Assembly: GCF_963921235.1 (NCBI RefSeq)
Contig: NC_086097.1
Span: forward strand, 217,560,001 to 217,624,000
Length of the DNA stretch: 64,000 bases
Origin: Mobula hypostoma
Taxonomy: Eukaryota
Direction of reading: 5' to 3'
The position numbers and the translations under genes were made by a program. The notes under the pieces were generated by a model that saw only the letters and a program-made list of their open reading frames with translations, did not search any database and was not told the DNA's origin. Shown here one piece after another: positions 1 to 12,689 of the stretch. Each line of letters opens with the position of its first letter. The stretch's first letter is position 1.

Positions 1-126
1 CCACTTTTCCTTTGCTACATCGACGACTGCATTGGCGCTGCTTCCTAAACGCATGCTGAGCTCGTTGACTTCATTAACATTGCCTCCAACTTTCACCCTG
101 CCCTCAAGTTTACCTGGTCCATTTCC

Positions 127-427
127 TTTTTTTTTAATTTTATTTTTATTTGGATAAGGAGTTCACAATTATCATGTACTTTTTTCACACATATAACCTT
201 TTCCATTTTTTTATATGTATAAAACTACAATTATTTATACATTCTTAAGTACACATTGAGATGATATAAAAGCAAAATAAACATTTAAATAGATAATTAT
301 GTACTGTGGTAAATCTAACCTATTAGGCTAAGTAATGAAATTAGTTGTTAAGAAAAATGGTAATAATAGTTTCCATACAACCCTTCCGGACCATTTCCAC
401 TGGTCCAAAATGTTGCATACAAGCCTA
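127..427 (-). mobile_element. 5'-truncated poly(A)-tailed retroposed fragment inserted in the PLE
   Basis: 16-bp TSD TACCTGGTCCATTTCC at 111-126 and 428-443; T-run and TTTATT (minus-strand polyA and AATAAA) at the left end. Family not identified. Confidence 0.8.
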
Positions 428-1828
428 TACCTGGTCCATTTCCAACACCTCCCTCCCCTTTCTTGATCTTTCTGTCTCCATCTCTGTAGACAGCTTATCT
501 ACTGATGTCTACTATAAGCCTACGGACTCTCACAGCTACCTGGACTATTCCTCTTCCCACCCTGCCTCTTGCAAAAATACCATCCCCTTCTCACAATTCC
601 TCTGTCTCTGCCGCATCTGCTCTCAGGATGAGGCTTTTCATTCCAGGATGAAGGAGATGTCCTTTTTTAGAGAAAGGGGCTTCCCTTCCTCCACCATCAA
701 CTCTGCTCTCAAATCCATCTCTCCCATTTCACACCCATCTGCTCTCACCCCATCCTCCAGTCACCCCACTAGGAATAGGGTTCCCCTTGTCCTCACCTAC
801 CACCCCACCAGCCTCCAGGTCCAGCATATACTTCCGCCACCTCCAACGGGATCCCACCACTAAGCACATCTTTCCCTCCCTCCCCCCCTTTCTGCTTTCC
901 GCGGGGATTGCTCCCTATGCGACTCCCTTGTTCATTCGTCCCCCCCATCCCTCCCCACCGATCTCCCTCCCGGCACTTATCTTTGTAAACGGAACAAGTG
1001 CTACACATGCCCTTACACTTCCTCCCTCACCACCATTCAGGGGCCAGACAGTCCTTACAGGTGAGGTGACACTTCACCTGTGAGTCGGCTGGGGTGATAT
1101 ACTGCATCCAGTGCTCCCGATGCGGTCTTCTATATATTGGCAAGACCCAACGCAGGCTGGGAGACTGTTTCGCTGAACACCTACGCTCTGTCTGACAGAG
1201 AAAGCAGGATCTTCCAGTGGCCACACATTTTAATTCCACGTCCCATTCTGATATGTCTATCCACGGCCTCCTCTACTGTCAAGATGAAGCCACACTTAGG
1301 TTGGAGGAACAACACCTTGTATTCCGTTTGGGTAGCCTCCAACCTGATGGCATGAACATTGACTTCTCTAACTTCGGTTAATGCCCCACCTCCCCTCCGT
1401 ACCCCATCCCTTATTTATTTATTTATTTACCTACCTACCTACCCTTTTTTTCTCTCTTTTTTTTCTCCCTCTGTCCCTCTCAGTGTAATTCCTTGCCCAT
1501 CCTCTGGGCTCCCCCCCCCCTTCTTTCTCCCTAGGCCTCCCATCCCTGACAAAGGGTCTCGGCCTGAAACATCGACTGTACCTCTTCCTAGAGATGCTGC
1601 CTGGCCTGCTGTGTTCACCAGCAACTTTGATGTGTGTTGCTTGAATTTCCAGCATCTGCAGAATTCCTGTTGTTATCATCTCCCTTCTCCAGCTTTGTAT
1701 CCCCTTTGCCAATTAACTTTCCAGCTCTTAGCTCCATCCCTCCCCCTCCTGTCTTCTCCTATCATTTCGGATCACCCCTCCCCCTCCCCCTCCCGCTTTC
1801 AAATCTCTTACTATCTCTTCTTTCAGTT

Positions 1829-1864
1829 AGTCCTGATGAAGGTTCTCAGCCCGAAACGTCGACT
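1829..1864 (+). ncRNA. Minimal type I hammerhead ribozyme motif in PLE pseudo-LTR
   Basis: AGTC-CTGATGA-(stem II)-GAAAC-GTC-GACT: stem I AGTC/GACT, intact core, palindromic ACGT replacing stem III, predicted GUC cleavage after 1860. Confidence 0.75.
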
Positions 1865-2747
1865 GTACCTCTTCCTATAGATGCTGCCTGGCCTGCTGCG
1901 TTCACCAGCATTTTTTGTGTGTGTTACTGTTAGAATGAGATGGGTTTTCTGAGATGGCTTTTCAAATAAGATCATCTGGGTAACCTTAGGAGCAAAACCA
2001 AATGAACAGTTTGCTGCGGATGTACTACAGGTCTCCTAGTCTATAGGAGATGGAGGAGTGGAAGTGACAGGTGCAAGCATAATAAGGTTATAGTGATTAA
2101 GATTTCAATTTCCTTAATATTAGCAGGGATCCCTATGGTGTGAAAGGTATACGGTGGAGGAAATGTTCAAGTGCATCCAGGAAAGCTTTTTGATAAATAG
2201 CTCCACTAGAAAAGGATCAGTACATGATATAATTTTAGACAATATCACAGGTCAGATGGTTGAAATGTTTTGGGGGATAGTGACCGTAAATTCCAAGATA
2301 ATCGTGGAAAAGGATAAGGATATACAGAAATCCTGAATTTGGAAAGGGCCTATTTAAATATCATATGACAGGATTTGGCTAAAGTAGAGTGGAAGCATTT
2401 AATTGTTGGTAGGTCCAAAGATAATGAGAGAGTAAGAGAGTGTGACAGAGCACAAATGCTGGAATCTGAGACAAAGGAAGGAAGACAATTCTACAATAAC
2501 TCAGCAGATCAAGCAGAATCTGTGGAGGCAAAAGTAAGTTGATGTTTTGGGTTGAGATGCTGCATCAGGCTGAGAAGGGATAAGACAGTTTTTTAGTATA
2601 TGGCACAATAAGTGGGTGGGTGAAATAGATGCTAATAGGTGATAGAGAGGGGATGATGGGCAGATGGGACCAGGTGGGGAGAGGGGATAGGAAAAGTGAG
2701 TAAATAGAGAAGAAAACTAGGCAGACAGCTGAGTGTATGTGGAGGAG

Positions 2748-2874
2748 AGTAACACACACAAAAAATGCTGGTGAACGCAGCAGGCCAGGCAGCATCTATA
2801 GGAAGAGGTACAGTCGACGTTTCGGGCTGAGAACCTTCATCAGGACTAACTGAAAGAAGAGATAGTAAGAGATT
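2748..2874 (-). repeat. PLE pLTR/SINE fragment, perfect inverted copy of 1802-1928
   Basis: Base-by-base reverse-complement identity over 127 bp, including the hammerhead core. Confidence 0.9.
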
Positions 2875-2999
2875 CAGTATGTGGGTTTACTGAAATTAGA
2901 TGTTTATACCATTGCGTCATGCCTCCTCTTGAGAAGAGATGTGGCAGAGATAGAAAAAAGAGATGGCATTCTTCCAGGAGGCCAGATGGAAAGAGGTAT

Positions 3000-4557
3000 T
3001 GTCAAGGGTGGATAAATCTCCTGGACCTGATGAAATGCACCCTTGGGTTCTGAAGGAAGTAGCTGGAGAGATTGTGGAGGCTAACAATGATCTTTCAAGA
3101 ATCGATAGATTCTGACATTGTACCGGTTGACTGGAAAATTGCAAATGTTACTCTGCTATTTAAGAAGGGTGGGAGGCAGCAGAAAGGAAACTGTAGACCT
3201 GTTAGCCTGATGTCAGTGGTTGGAAAGTTGTTGGAATCGATTGATGAGATTATGGAATACCTGGAGGCACATGACAAGATAGGCCAAAGCCAGCATGGTT
3301 TCCTGAAAGGAAAATCCTTCCTGACTAACCTACTGCAATTCTTGAGGAAATTATAAGCAGGGTAGACAAAGGAGACGCAGTAGATGTGGTGTACTTGGAT
3401 TTTCAGAAGGCCTTTGACAAGGTGCCACACAGGAGGCTGCTTAGCAAGATAAGAGCCCATGGAATTACAGGGAAGTTACTAGCATGGGTGGAGCATTGGT
3501 TGATCGGCAGAAAGCAGAGAGTGGGAATAAAGGGATCCTATTCTGGCTGGAATTCCCCAGGGGTCGGTGTTGGGACCGCTGCTTTTTATGATGTATGTCA
3601 ATGATTTGGACTATGAGATTAATGGATCTATGCCTAAATTTGCCGATGATACAAAGACAGGTGAAGCAGCGGGTAGTGTTGAGGAAACAGAGAGACTTAG
3701 ATAGTTTAGGGGAATGGGCAAAGAAGTGGCAAATGAAATACAATGTTGGAAAATATATAGTCATGCACTTTGGTGGAAGAAATAAATGGACAGACTATTA
3801 TTTAGATTGAGAGAGAATTCAAAATGCAGAGATGAAAAGGGACCTGGGAGTCCTTGTGCAGGATACCCTAAATTTTAACCACCAGGTTGAGTCAGTGGTG
3901 AAGAAGGCAAATGCAATGTTGGCATTCATTTCTAGAGGTATAGAATATAAGAGCAGTGATGTGATATTGAGGCTCTGTAAGGCAATCGTAAGACCACACT
4001 TGGAGTATTGTGTGTGATTTCGGGCTCCTTATTTTGGAAAGGATGTGCTCACATTGGAGAGGGTTCAGAGAAGATTCATGAGAATGATTCCAGGAATGAA
4101 GGGTTACCATATGAGGAACGTTTGGCATCTCTTGGGCTGTATACCCCGGAGTTCAGGAGAATGAGGGGGGATCTCAAAGAAACATTCCGAATGTTGGAAG
4201 GCTTGAACAGATTAGATATGGCAACGTTATTTCCCATGGTAGGGGAGTCTAGGATAAAAGGGCACAACTTCAGGATTAAAGGACGTCCATTTAGAACAGA
4301 GATGCGGAGAAATTACTTTAGTCAGAGGGTGGTAGATCTGTGGAATTTGTTGTCACGAGCGGCTGTGGAGGCCAAGTCATTGGGCGCATTTAAGGCAGAG
4401 ATAGATAGGTTCTTGATTAGCCAGGGCATCAAAAGGTATGGGGAGAAGGCAGGGGAGTTGGGATGACTGGAAGAATTGGATCAGCTATGATTGAATGGCG
4501 GAGCAGACTCAATGGGCTGAATGGCCTACTTCTGCTCTTATATCTTATGATCTTATA
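3000..4557 (+). mobile_element. CR1-clade LINE (HER1-like), 5'-truncated, decayed
   Basis: DWKIANVTLLFKKG, YLDFQKAFDKVPH, KFADDTK, RPHLEYCV motifs; 3' tail GGCTGAATGGCCTACTTCTGCT...(TCTTATGA)n. Confidence 0.92.
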
Positions 4558-5496
4558 GGTAGCTGTGGGAGTTGGTGGGCTTATAAAATATGCCAGTGCC
4601 AAATCTGTCTCCTGAAATGGAGGAGAGATCTTTATCAGAAGGAGGCCTTTTGAAGAGACTTTGAACCAAGTCCCTTTTAGCCTCTTTCAAGGACATAGAA
4701 TATTCCATGGCATCGTGAGGGAGCAGAGCATGTCCTGGCTACTGGACAATCAAGTGGTATATTTTTTACATATAAATTAGTTTTAATTGGCACATTTGTT
4801 TTTTGTGTGTACATATTGACTGTTGTATTCCTAAAATATCTTGGAGCATTTTGGGACATTCTAGGTGGGGTGTGAAGTGTGCTAAATGAATGTTTTTTGG
4901 TGTGAAATCTGTACTCCTAAACACTCATAAATATTGTGCTAGTGGAGTCCAATTTCTAATGGACGTTTGTTGTCCTGAAGTTTTACTAAATGGTAAAATG
5001 CTAGTTTCAAAGTAGTTAAGATCCTACTGAGTGTATGGGGGAAAAATACACACTCTTAAAATTTACAGATTATAAGATACAAATGAATTTAGGTAAAGAA
5101 GGAAGTCAGCAATAAACCTGTTGATAAGTTGACTTTACTGTGGCATGCATTTATTTCCCTCTATAAATGAGCATAATCTGATTAAACATTCACTTTGCAA
5201 ACTATTTATTGTACAATTTGGAGCTAACCTAACTATTTAATTGGGATGCTTCAGTCAGATTGTATACCTTGTTTTCTTTAGGTTATTGAAATATTGATTA
5301 GTTCAGCACATCATCCATTTCTCTTTCCAGAAAGTTGGAGCAGAATCTGCCAGATGCTCAGTCCATCCCAAAAACAAATTGAGTGCTGAAGCAGAAAAAG
5401 GCATTAACTATGTAATCAAACAAACCCACCATAAATACAATTCAAGAAAAGGTTACTGGATTCTAGGCAATTATTTTTTTTACTTTTTTTTTCCAG

Positions 5497-5592
5497 TACC
5501 TTGCACCCGAAGTGCTCAGAAAGCAACCTTATGATAATACAGTAGACTGGTGGTGTCTTGGCTCTGTTCTGTTTGAAATGTTGTATGGTTTG
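5497..5592 (+). CDS. SGK3: SGK3 internal coding exon (kinase subdomains VIII-IX)
   Basis: ttccag|[32 protein letters not shown]|gtatgt; 96 nt, phase 0. The PYDNTVDWW motif fits SGK3. Confidence 0.95.
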
Positions 5593-5849
5593 GTATGTAT
5601 TCTCATTTTCTCATTTGAAACCCATTATATTTTTAGTAAACCATTTTGTTTTTGAATTAAATAGAAATAACCTATTTGTTCCAGACTAAACAGCATTTTG
5701 AATTATAGTTTAACGCTACTGAACTTTTCAGTGGGTTTCAGTCATTGCATGCAGTTGTTTGTTGGTGAGGCAGGGTGAGGTTTAAAAAGAGCTTGGGACC
5801 TTTGGGAGCTTCTCGGCAGCTTCAATTATCACAATCTCCTAGGCACTCA

Positions 5850-6322
5850 GCAGGGGCCAATAAGAAGAAGCGAGGTATAAGCAGGGCAGCCATTGTTGGA
5901 GCGGTCAGGCTTTGTCTCAAAGTGAGAATAGGCGCAGGTTAGAACTTAAAACTTGAGAAATGGGAGGAATAACAAGCATAGCCAGGGTGATAGTTAAGGT
6001 AATAGACGCTCCTCTGGGAAGATCTGGGAAGATGTGGGAATCCAGGATACCTAGCAGTCTCCCTGATGACTACATCTGCAGGAAGTGCACCCAACTTCAG
6101 CTCCTGACTGACAAGGTCAAGGAACTGGAGCTGAAGCTAGATGTACTCAGGACCAAACCGGAGGCTAAAAACCCCAGAGCTGGGACTTTTACTGAGGTGG
6201 TCACACAAACAGTTCAGGTTTCAGGTGGTAGATGGATGACCACCAGGAGAAGTAAGTGGAGAAAGCAGTCAGTGCAGAATTGTCCTATGGCCATTCCCCT
6301 CAGCAACAAATATATCCTTTCG
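5850..6322 (+). mobile_element. CR1 5' fragment (5' UTR and ORF1 N-terminus)
   Basis: MWESRIPSSLPDDYICRKCTQLQLLTDKVKELELKL (CR1 ORF1 zinc finger/coiled coil), IPLSNKY motif. Confidence 0.75.
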
Positions 6323-6324
6323 AT

Positions 6325-8545
6325 TTATAAGAATATAAGAAATAAGAGTAGGAGTAGGCCATCTAGCCCATCGAGCCTGCTCTACCATTCAGTAAGATCA
6401 TGGCTTATCTGGCCATGAACTCATCTCCACATACCTGCCTTTTCTCCATAACCCTTAATTCCCCTACTATGCAGAAATCTATTCAACCTTGTTTTAAATA
6501 TATTTACTGATGTAGCCTCCACTGCTTTATTGGGCAGAGAATTCTACAAATTCACTACTGTCTGGGAAAAGCAGTTTCTCTTCATCTCCGTCCTAAATCA
6601 TCCTTCCTCCGAATCTTGAGGCTATGCCCCCTAGTTCTAGTCTTACCTACCAGTGGAAACAACTTTCCTGCCTCTGTCGTGTCTATCCCTTTCATAATGT
6701 TATATGTTTCCATATGATCTCTAATTTTTCTGCATTCCAGCGTGTACAGTCCCAGACAACTCAATCTCTTCTCAATAGTCTAACCCCCTCATTTCTGGAA
6801 TCAACCTGGTGAGCTGCCTCTACACCGCCTCCAGAGCCAGTATATCCTTCCTCAAATAAGGAGACCAGAACTGCATGCAGTACTCCAAGTGCAGCCTCAC
6901 TAGTAGTACCCTGTACAGTTGCAGCTTTACCTTCCTGCTCTTAAATTCAGTCCCCCTGACAATGAAGGCCAACATCCCATTTGATAAGCCGGCCTTCTTG
7001 ATAACCTGATGCACCTGCTAACCAACCTTTTGTGATTCATGCACAAGCACTCCCAAGTCCCTGTGCACAGCAGCATGCTGCAATTTTTTATCATTTAAGT
7101 AATAATCTGCTCTTTCATTTTCCCTTCCAAAGTAGATGACCTCGCATTGTACTCTATCTGCCAGCTCCTTGCCCACTCACTTAACCTGTCTATATCTCTC
7201 TGCAGACTCTCCGTATCTTCTGCATGATTTACTTTTCCACTCAATTTAGTATCATCAACAAACTTAGTTACACTACACTTGGTCCCCTCTTCCAGATCGT
7301 TAATGTGTATCAAGAACAGTTGCAGGCCCAGCATCGACCCCTGCGGCACACCACTCACCACTGTTTGCCAACCAGAGTATCACCCATGTATCCCAGGTCT
7401 CTGCTTTCTATTAGTTAACCCATCCTCTATCCATGCTAATACATCACCCCCAACTCTATGCATCCTTATCTTATGGGTAAGTCTTTTATCCAGCACCTAA
7501 TCAAACACCTTCTGGAAATCCAATTAAATAATGTCCATCTGTTTTCCCCCATCCGCTGTGCTTGTTATATCCTCAAAGAACTCGAGTAAGTTTGTCAAAC
7601 AGGACCTGACATTGCTGAATCCGTGCTGCATCTGCCTGATGGATCCATTTCTTTCCAGACGCCTCGCTATTTCTTCCTTAATAACTTCAAGCATTTTCCC
7701 AACTACAGATGTTAAACTAACTGGCCTATAGTTACCCACCTTTTGCCTACATCCTTTTTTGAACAGTGGCATGACATTTGAGTCTCCCAATCTGCCGTTC
7801 AGAGTCCAGCAAATTTTGGTAAATTTCACCAAAGCCTCTTCTATAACTTCTGCCATCAGTACCCTGGGATGCATTCCATCAGGGCCAGAGGACTTACCTA
7901 TCTTCAGGCCCACAAGTTTGCTCAGCACTACCTCTTCAGTGACAGCTATTGTATCGAGGTCCTCACCTCCCATCGCATCCACAATATGCTCTTTGGCATA
8001 TTAAACATGCCCTCCACCATGAAGACCAACACAAAATAGTCATTCAAACCTCCTGTCATTTCCTTGTTACCCAATATCAATTCCCCTTTCTCATCCTCCA
8101 AGGGACTTACGTTCACTTTAGCCACCCTGTTATGCTTTATATAATTATAAAAACATTTACTATCTGTTTTTATATTTTGTGCTAGTTTATTTTCATAATC
8201 TAGCTTCCCTTTTTTATTGCTCATTTTATGGTTCTTTGTTGCCTTGTAAAGTCTTCCCAATCTTCCAGTTTCCTCCTACTCTTGGCGACTTTGTACACAC
8301 GAGCTTTTAGTTTGATGCCTTCATGTATTTCCTTAGTTATCCAAGGCTCCCTACTGTTATTGTCCTTGCTTTTAACTGGAATATACTTTTGTTGAGCACC
8401 ATGAAAAATCTCTTTGAAAGTCTTACACTGTTCCTCAACTGTCCCACCTTATAACCTGTGTTCCCAGTCTACATTAGCCAAATCCTCCCTCATCCCATTG
8501 TAGTCTCCATTGTTTAGGCATAATACACTGTCCACTGACAGGCCC
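6325..8545 (-). mobile_element. CR1-clade LINE, decayed, antisense in SGK3 intron
   Basis: Minus-strand ORFs with GNYRPVSLTSVVGK, SGVPQGSMLG, KFVDDTKL, RLHLEYCMQFWSP; (ATAAGA) tail at ~6328. Confidence 0.9.
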
Positions 8546-8769
8546 TGTTCACCTTTTAAAACTGGTGTGTGAAATCTACAAGGAACTGTCTCCAACTCAC
8601 TCCACGATTTCCCACTGCAAGAGCTTGAAAAGGGGATTCCTAAAAGTAGATCCAAATGCTTTAATGCTTGTATGTACTGTTTACAGCCCAGAGAGTGTTC
8701 AACTGTTGACAGAAGAAAATGATCAAAAAAGAAACCATTTCAGCAAAACCAGTACTTTTATTTTTGCAG

Positions 8770-8925
8770 CCTCCCTTCTACAGTCGTGATACTGTAGAGA
8801 TGTACGAATACATCCTTCACAAGCCACTGCAATTAAGACCAGGAACAAGCAATGAAGCATGTTCTATCCTGGAAGGGCTACTTGAAAAGGAGAGCCAGAG
8901 AAGATTAGGAGCAAAAGAAGATTTT
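8770..8925 (+). CDS. SGK3: SGK3 internal coding exon
   Basis: ttgcag|[52 protein letters not shown]|gtaaga; 156 nt, phase 0. Confidence 0.95.
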
Positions 8926-10344
8926 GTAAGACTTTCTTTCAGAACCTTAAAATCTTGCACCATTTATTTATTTTACAGTCATACATGCCACTTAACTTCA
9001 TTTCACTTTGTATCACAACAGAAACATTTTTTGTCTTCCCAGAAGCCCTAGAATCCTTTTTTATGGACTGGCTATGTGAATGTCATGGGGTCAAACCCTA
9101 CTTTACAGATTTGGCCTCAACTTTACAACAGATGGAGTGAAGTATTAAATACATTCAAAGCTTGTCAGTTTCTTTATTCTAATAAATACTTGCAAAAAAA
9201 ATATTATTAGCTCACAGGCTATAATTAGAATTTTATTTATTATTCAAAACTAGCACTATTGCAGTTTATTTTTTTCTTGTCCATTCTGGAATATTTGGCT
9301 TGGTTCTTCAATGCTATTTGAATGTACGTCACTTGATTTTTATTTCTTCAGATAATTTCACAATTTTTGAAGTTAAGTGCATTAAGACCGTTGGCTACAT
9401 TACTCATTTAATATCTTCTTATCTATTTAAACACACTCATGGAACCTTCAGCATCTGTCTGAACAAGTAGGGGAGCAAAACAGTCCTTATATCTTATCCA
9501 AAACATTATTAGTTTAGAATTTGCATGTATTAAGACTTAGTACCATTACTTAACTGACAGCAGCTTCTGGGGCATACAAATGCACAGTCAAATGTTGAAA
9601 TCTCCCAAGCAATGCTGTTTTATAGTCAGTGAATTGATAAAAACCTTAAGTGTTTGCAAATTCTTCTTCCAAACACCCTGAAAATATGACACTTTGTTTG
9701 AAGTTTTTAATGGTGTGCCTTTTAACCTTTGACCTTTCAAAAAAAGGTACAGTAGTGTGATTTCATCTTTGATGGATGTTGTATACTTATTTCATACTCT
9801 TAATATTTAAAAAGTAGTTAAAATATACTTTTTGTATTTTCATTTGCTGTCCAGGACAATTCTTAATTGTCAGTAACTGCTCAGTGAGTTTGATGATACC
9901 AGAAATCCTCTTAAACTGACACCTGACAGCAAGTGAACATTGAAAAAAAGGAAATCCGCACAACAAAAGTTAACAGATCTTTCCAGTCAGCGCTCTCCAT
10001 GTCAAATGCTGTCCCTTTGCCACTGATTGCAGTAAAGAGGCCAACTTACTTTAAGACTGCATTCCCATTAAACTGCTGAAATAATGGACTTAACTACACA
10101 TATAGATCTTCAACTTCCACTTGAATCCAAAACATTCTGATTTGCACCTTTTGAGCACCTACAGTATTTTAGGTGCTAATTTTTCTCTCCTACTCCCTTT
10201 GATTAAAAAATACCCAAGTCAACTCTCAGGCTTGTTTTCTACCAGTTGAAGGAGAAAAGATCTCAAAATTCAAAATAGCCAAGTAACAGAATTTATACTT
10301 TTCTAGTGGTTCAGTAAATGCCTTTTATATGTTTGTTCATTTGT

Positions 10345-10645
10345 TATATGCCTTTGGGTGATTATGATACTTCCATGACCATGATTGTTCTTGGCAAATT
10401 TTTCTACAGAAGTGGTTTGCCTTCTTCTGGGCAGTGTCTTTACGAGACGGGTGACCTCAGCCATTATCAGTACTCTTCAGGGATTGGCTGCCTGGCATCA
10501 ATGGTCACATAACCAGGACTTGTGATATGCACCAGCTGCTCATACGACCCTCCACCACCAGCTCCCGTGGTTTCACGTGACCCTGATCGGGTGGGGGGGA
10601 GGAGTGGCTAAACAGGTGCTAGCAGAAAGAAGGTGCACCTTACAA
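10345..10645 (-). mobile_element. Probable RTE-related SINE / non-autonomous element
   Basis: Reverse complement contains GGCAAACCACTTCTGTAGAAAAATTTGCCAAGAACAATCATGGTCATGG, resembling RTE-associated SINE 3' ends; GC-richer than the flanks. Confidence 0.5.
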
Positions 10646-10726
10646 CTCTGCCATCCACACCCTTTTATATGAAGCTGTTTAAATTGCTGCTGCATATTAA
10701 TTTATTGTGTGGGTTCTCATTTACAG

Positions 10727-10816
10727 GCTGAAATCAAATGCCATCCCTTTTTTGATGTTATTAACTGGGAAGAGTTAGATCGGAAGGAAATAGCTCCACC
10801 ATTTAATCCTAGTGTG
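10727..10816 (+). CDS. SGK3: SGK3 penultimate coding exon (AGC C-terminal tail)
   Basis: ttacag|AEIKCHPFFDVINWEELDRKEIAPPFNPSV|gtatgt; 90 nt, phase 0. Confidence 0.95.
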
Positions 10817-10913
10817 GTATGTAACTAATTAGATTAAAATCTAATGTAAGTGCAACATATCTGAATGTCATAACTGTTTTGAGGATGTGACAACACTAGC
10901 ATTTGTGTTTCAG

Positions 10914-11084
10914 GCTGGTCCTGAAGACCTGCAAAATTTTGATCCAGAATTTACGGAAGAACAAGTTCCACACTCCATCTGTCATTCTCCTGACCGCTCC
11001 ATAGTCAATGCCAGTGTTTTAGAAGCTGATGATGCCTTTATTGGCTTTTCTTATGCCCCACCTATTGAAGATTCATTTTTATGA
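10914..11084 (+). CDS. SGK3: SGK3 last coding exon with hydrophobic motif FIGFSY and stop
   Basis: tttcag|[56 protein letters not shown]; [22 protein letters not shown] is characteristic of SGK3. Confidence 0.96.
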   Translation, partial: AGPEDLQNFDPEFTEEQVPHSICHSPDRSIVNASVLEADDAFIGFSYAPPIEDSFL

Positions 11085-11800
11085 AGGTCATCTTCTATAG
11101 GAAACTGAACACAACACAAAATGAAAATACCTTCATAAGGATACATGTGGACTTTTGATTTTACACCATAACCATCTGCATGTCTTAAATAAAGCTAGTA
11201 GCAATTCAGTGAATTTTGGACCTCTAAACTACTATATACTGTACATTCCTTGTGCAACTTTCAAGTGATAGAATATTTACTTCACCATTTTCAAGTCTGA
11301 AGATTCCAAAGTGTTGCATTTTTAACAATTGCTTATTATTTGCTTTCCCTCCCCCCTCACCCCCCCCCACCGATTTTGTTGAAATACTGATGAAGTGCTC
11401 TACGTTATATCTTTTAAATATCATAGGCACAATTAATCAGTGTTGGTAATTAAGGCTGGATTAATGTGTGCTGTGATGGTTCTCTTGAGCTGATATATTG
11501 TGACTGGCAAATTGCAGTTTACAGACATATTTTCACTTGTCATACGGTAATTTGTCATATTTAGATTCTGGTCAAAATTTTTATCAGTTCACTTGAAGAT
11601 TCACTTGAATTGTCACTCAGTAAAAAATTGAATTTATGGCGTAGACTTTACTTGAAAATGGAGAAAAAATCATGACCTCGCAGGTTAGATACATGAAAAT
11701 GTTTTACAAGTTATTTAATGTGAACTGGGCACCATCTACTAAACATTACTTTGGTTTTACTAAAATAAACTGGAAATGTACATAACAGAAAAATCTCTAT
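11085..11800 (+). promoter_or_regulatory. SGK3: SGK3 3' UTR with candidate polyA signals
   Basis: TE-free AT-rich stretch after the stop; AATAAA at 11188-11193 and 11764-11769; TGTACATA (Pumilio-type) at 11777-11784. True end unknown. Confidence 0.5.
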
Positions 11801-12139
11801 CTGAATAAGATGAAACTGTACTTTTATATTATAACATATTTAACCGGTGCAGCGTGCTTGAGGTGGATGTAAACTGATACAGTAAAGCAATTAAATAGCA
11901 CATATTTAAAATATATTCTCAATAGTTTTTATTGATAATATTTTTTACATTTAGTTTTAAAAGGATGATGCAAGGATAATATGAATGCAAGTGTTAATTT
12001 AAAATTCAAATGCATTGTTTTTTAACACATTGGTAAAATTTGGCGTGCATGGAATCACATCTGATACTTAACGTTTTGATCCATTATTCTGCCAAATTAA
12101 TGAAAGACTTGTAGACCAGTTGCAACAAACCCTTCATGA

Positions 12140-12265
12140 GGAAATAAGCAGATGCTGGAAATCCAAAGCAAAACACAGAAAATGCTGGAGGAACTCAGCA
12201 GGCCAGGCAGTATCCATTAAAGAGTAGACAGTCGACATTTTGGGCCAAGACCCTTATCAGGACTC
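12140..12265 (-). repeat. PLE pLTR-derived SINE
   Basis: GATGCTGGAAATC...GCTGGAGGAACTCAGCAGGCCAGGCAG...GTCGACATTTTGGGCC...ATCAGGACT; degenerate hammerhead. Confidence 0.8.
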
Positions 12266-12689
12266 CAACCAGTTCATTTAGCAGGTAGAGAACATAGTTA
12301 AGTGATTTTTTTCCCCCAATATTTTCTACATTACTTATGTTGTTCCAGAACCCACACTGCATCCAGGCTATCCTCTATTTGTTCCATATGTATTCTGTAT
12401 GTAGAATAATCATCATGTGAACTGTAAGCAATAAGCCATTTTTATAAAATAATCTATACTTTCCTCTTTTTGTATTCTGATAACAGATAAAATTGTTCAG
12501 AAAACTCTTTCTGGTAACTTGGAGTCTATGACTGTAGTAATGGAGGAAAATTATTCAGGAGAAATTGATGGTGAAATGCCTGCCATTTGCTAATGTTTAA
12601 GAGGTTTAGAGCTTGTTTTAAGATATTTTAATTTATTCCGTATAAATGAAACATCATCTTCAACATTGAAGGGAGAAGCTCTTAATTAT

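Larger units (their letters stand above)
1..1925 (+). mobile_element. Penelope-like element (PLE), 3' part: RT C-terminus, GIY-YIG endonuclease and two tandem pseudo-LTRs; decayed
   Basis: Translates to YIDDCIG...FHPALKFTWSIS, LPFLDLSVSISVDSLSTDVYYKPTDSHSYLDYSSSHP and YCIQCSRCGLLYIGKTQRRLGDCFAEHLRS (GIY-YIG). Two pLTR copies follow (~1380-1675, ~1676-1925), each with a hammerhead-like core. Interrupted by a 127-427 insertion. Confidence 0.88.

Noticed and set aside
1359..1933. Pro/Ser/Leu-rich ORFs (173 aa, 99 aa) and similar MLVNAAGQAAS-type ORFs elsewhere
   Set aside because: Chance translations of pyrimidine-rich pLTR sequence; the same peptides recur wherever the SINE occurs.
5331..5400. 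Possible extra SGK3 exon after CTCTTTCCAG
   Set aside because: No kinase similarity and no convincing GT donor.
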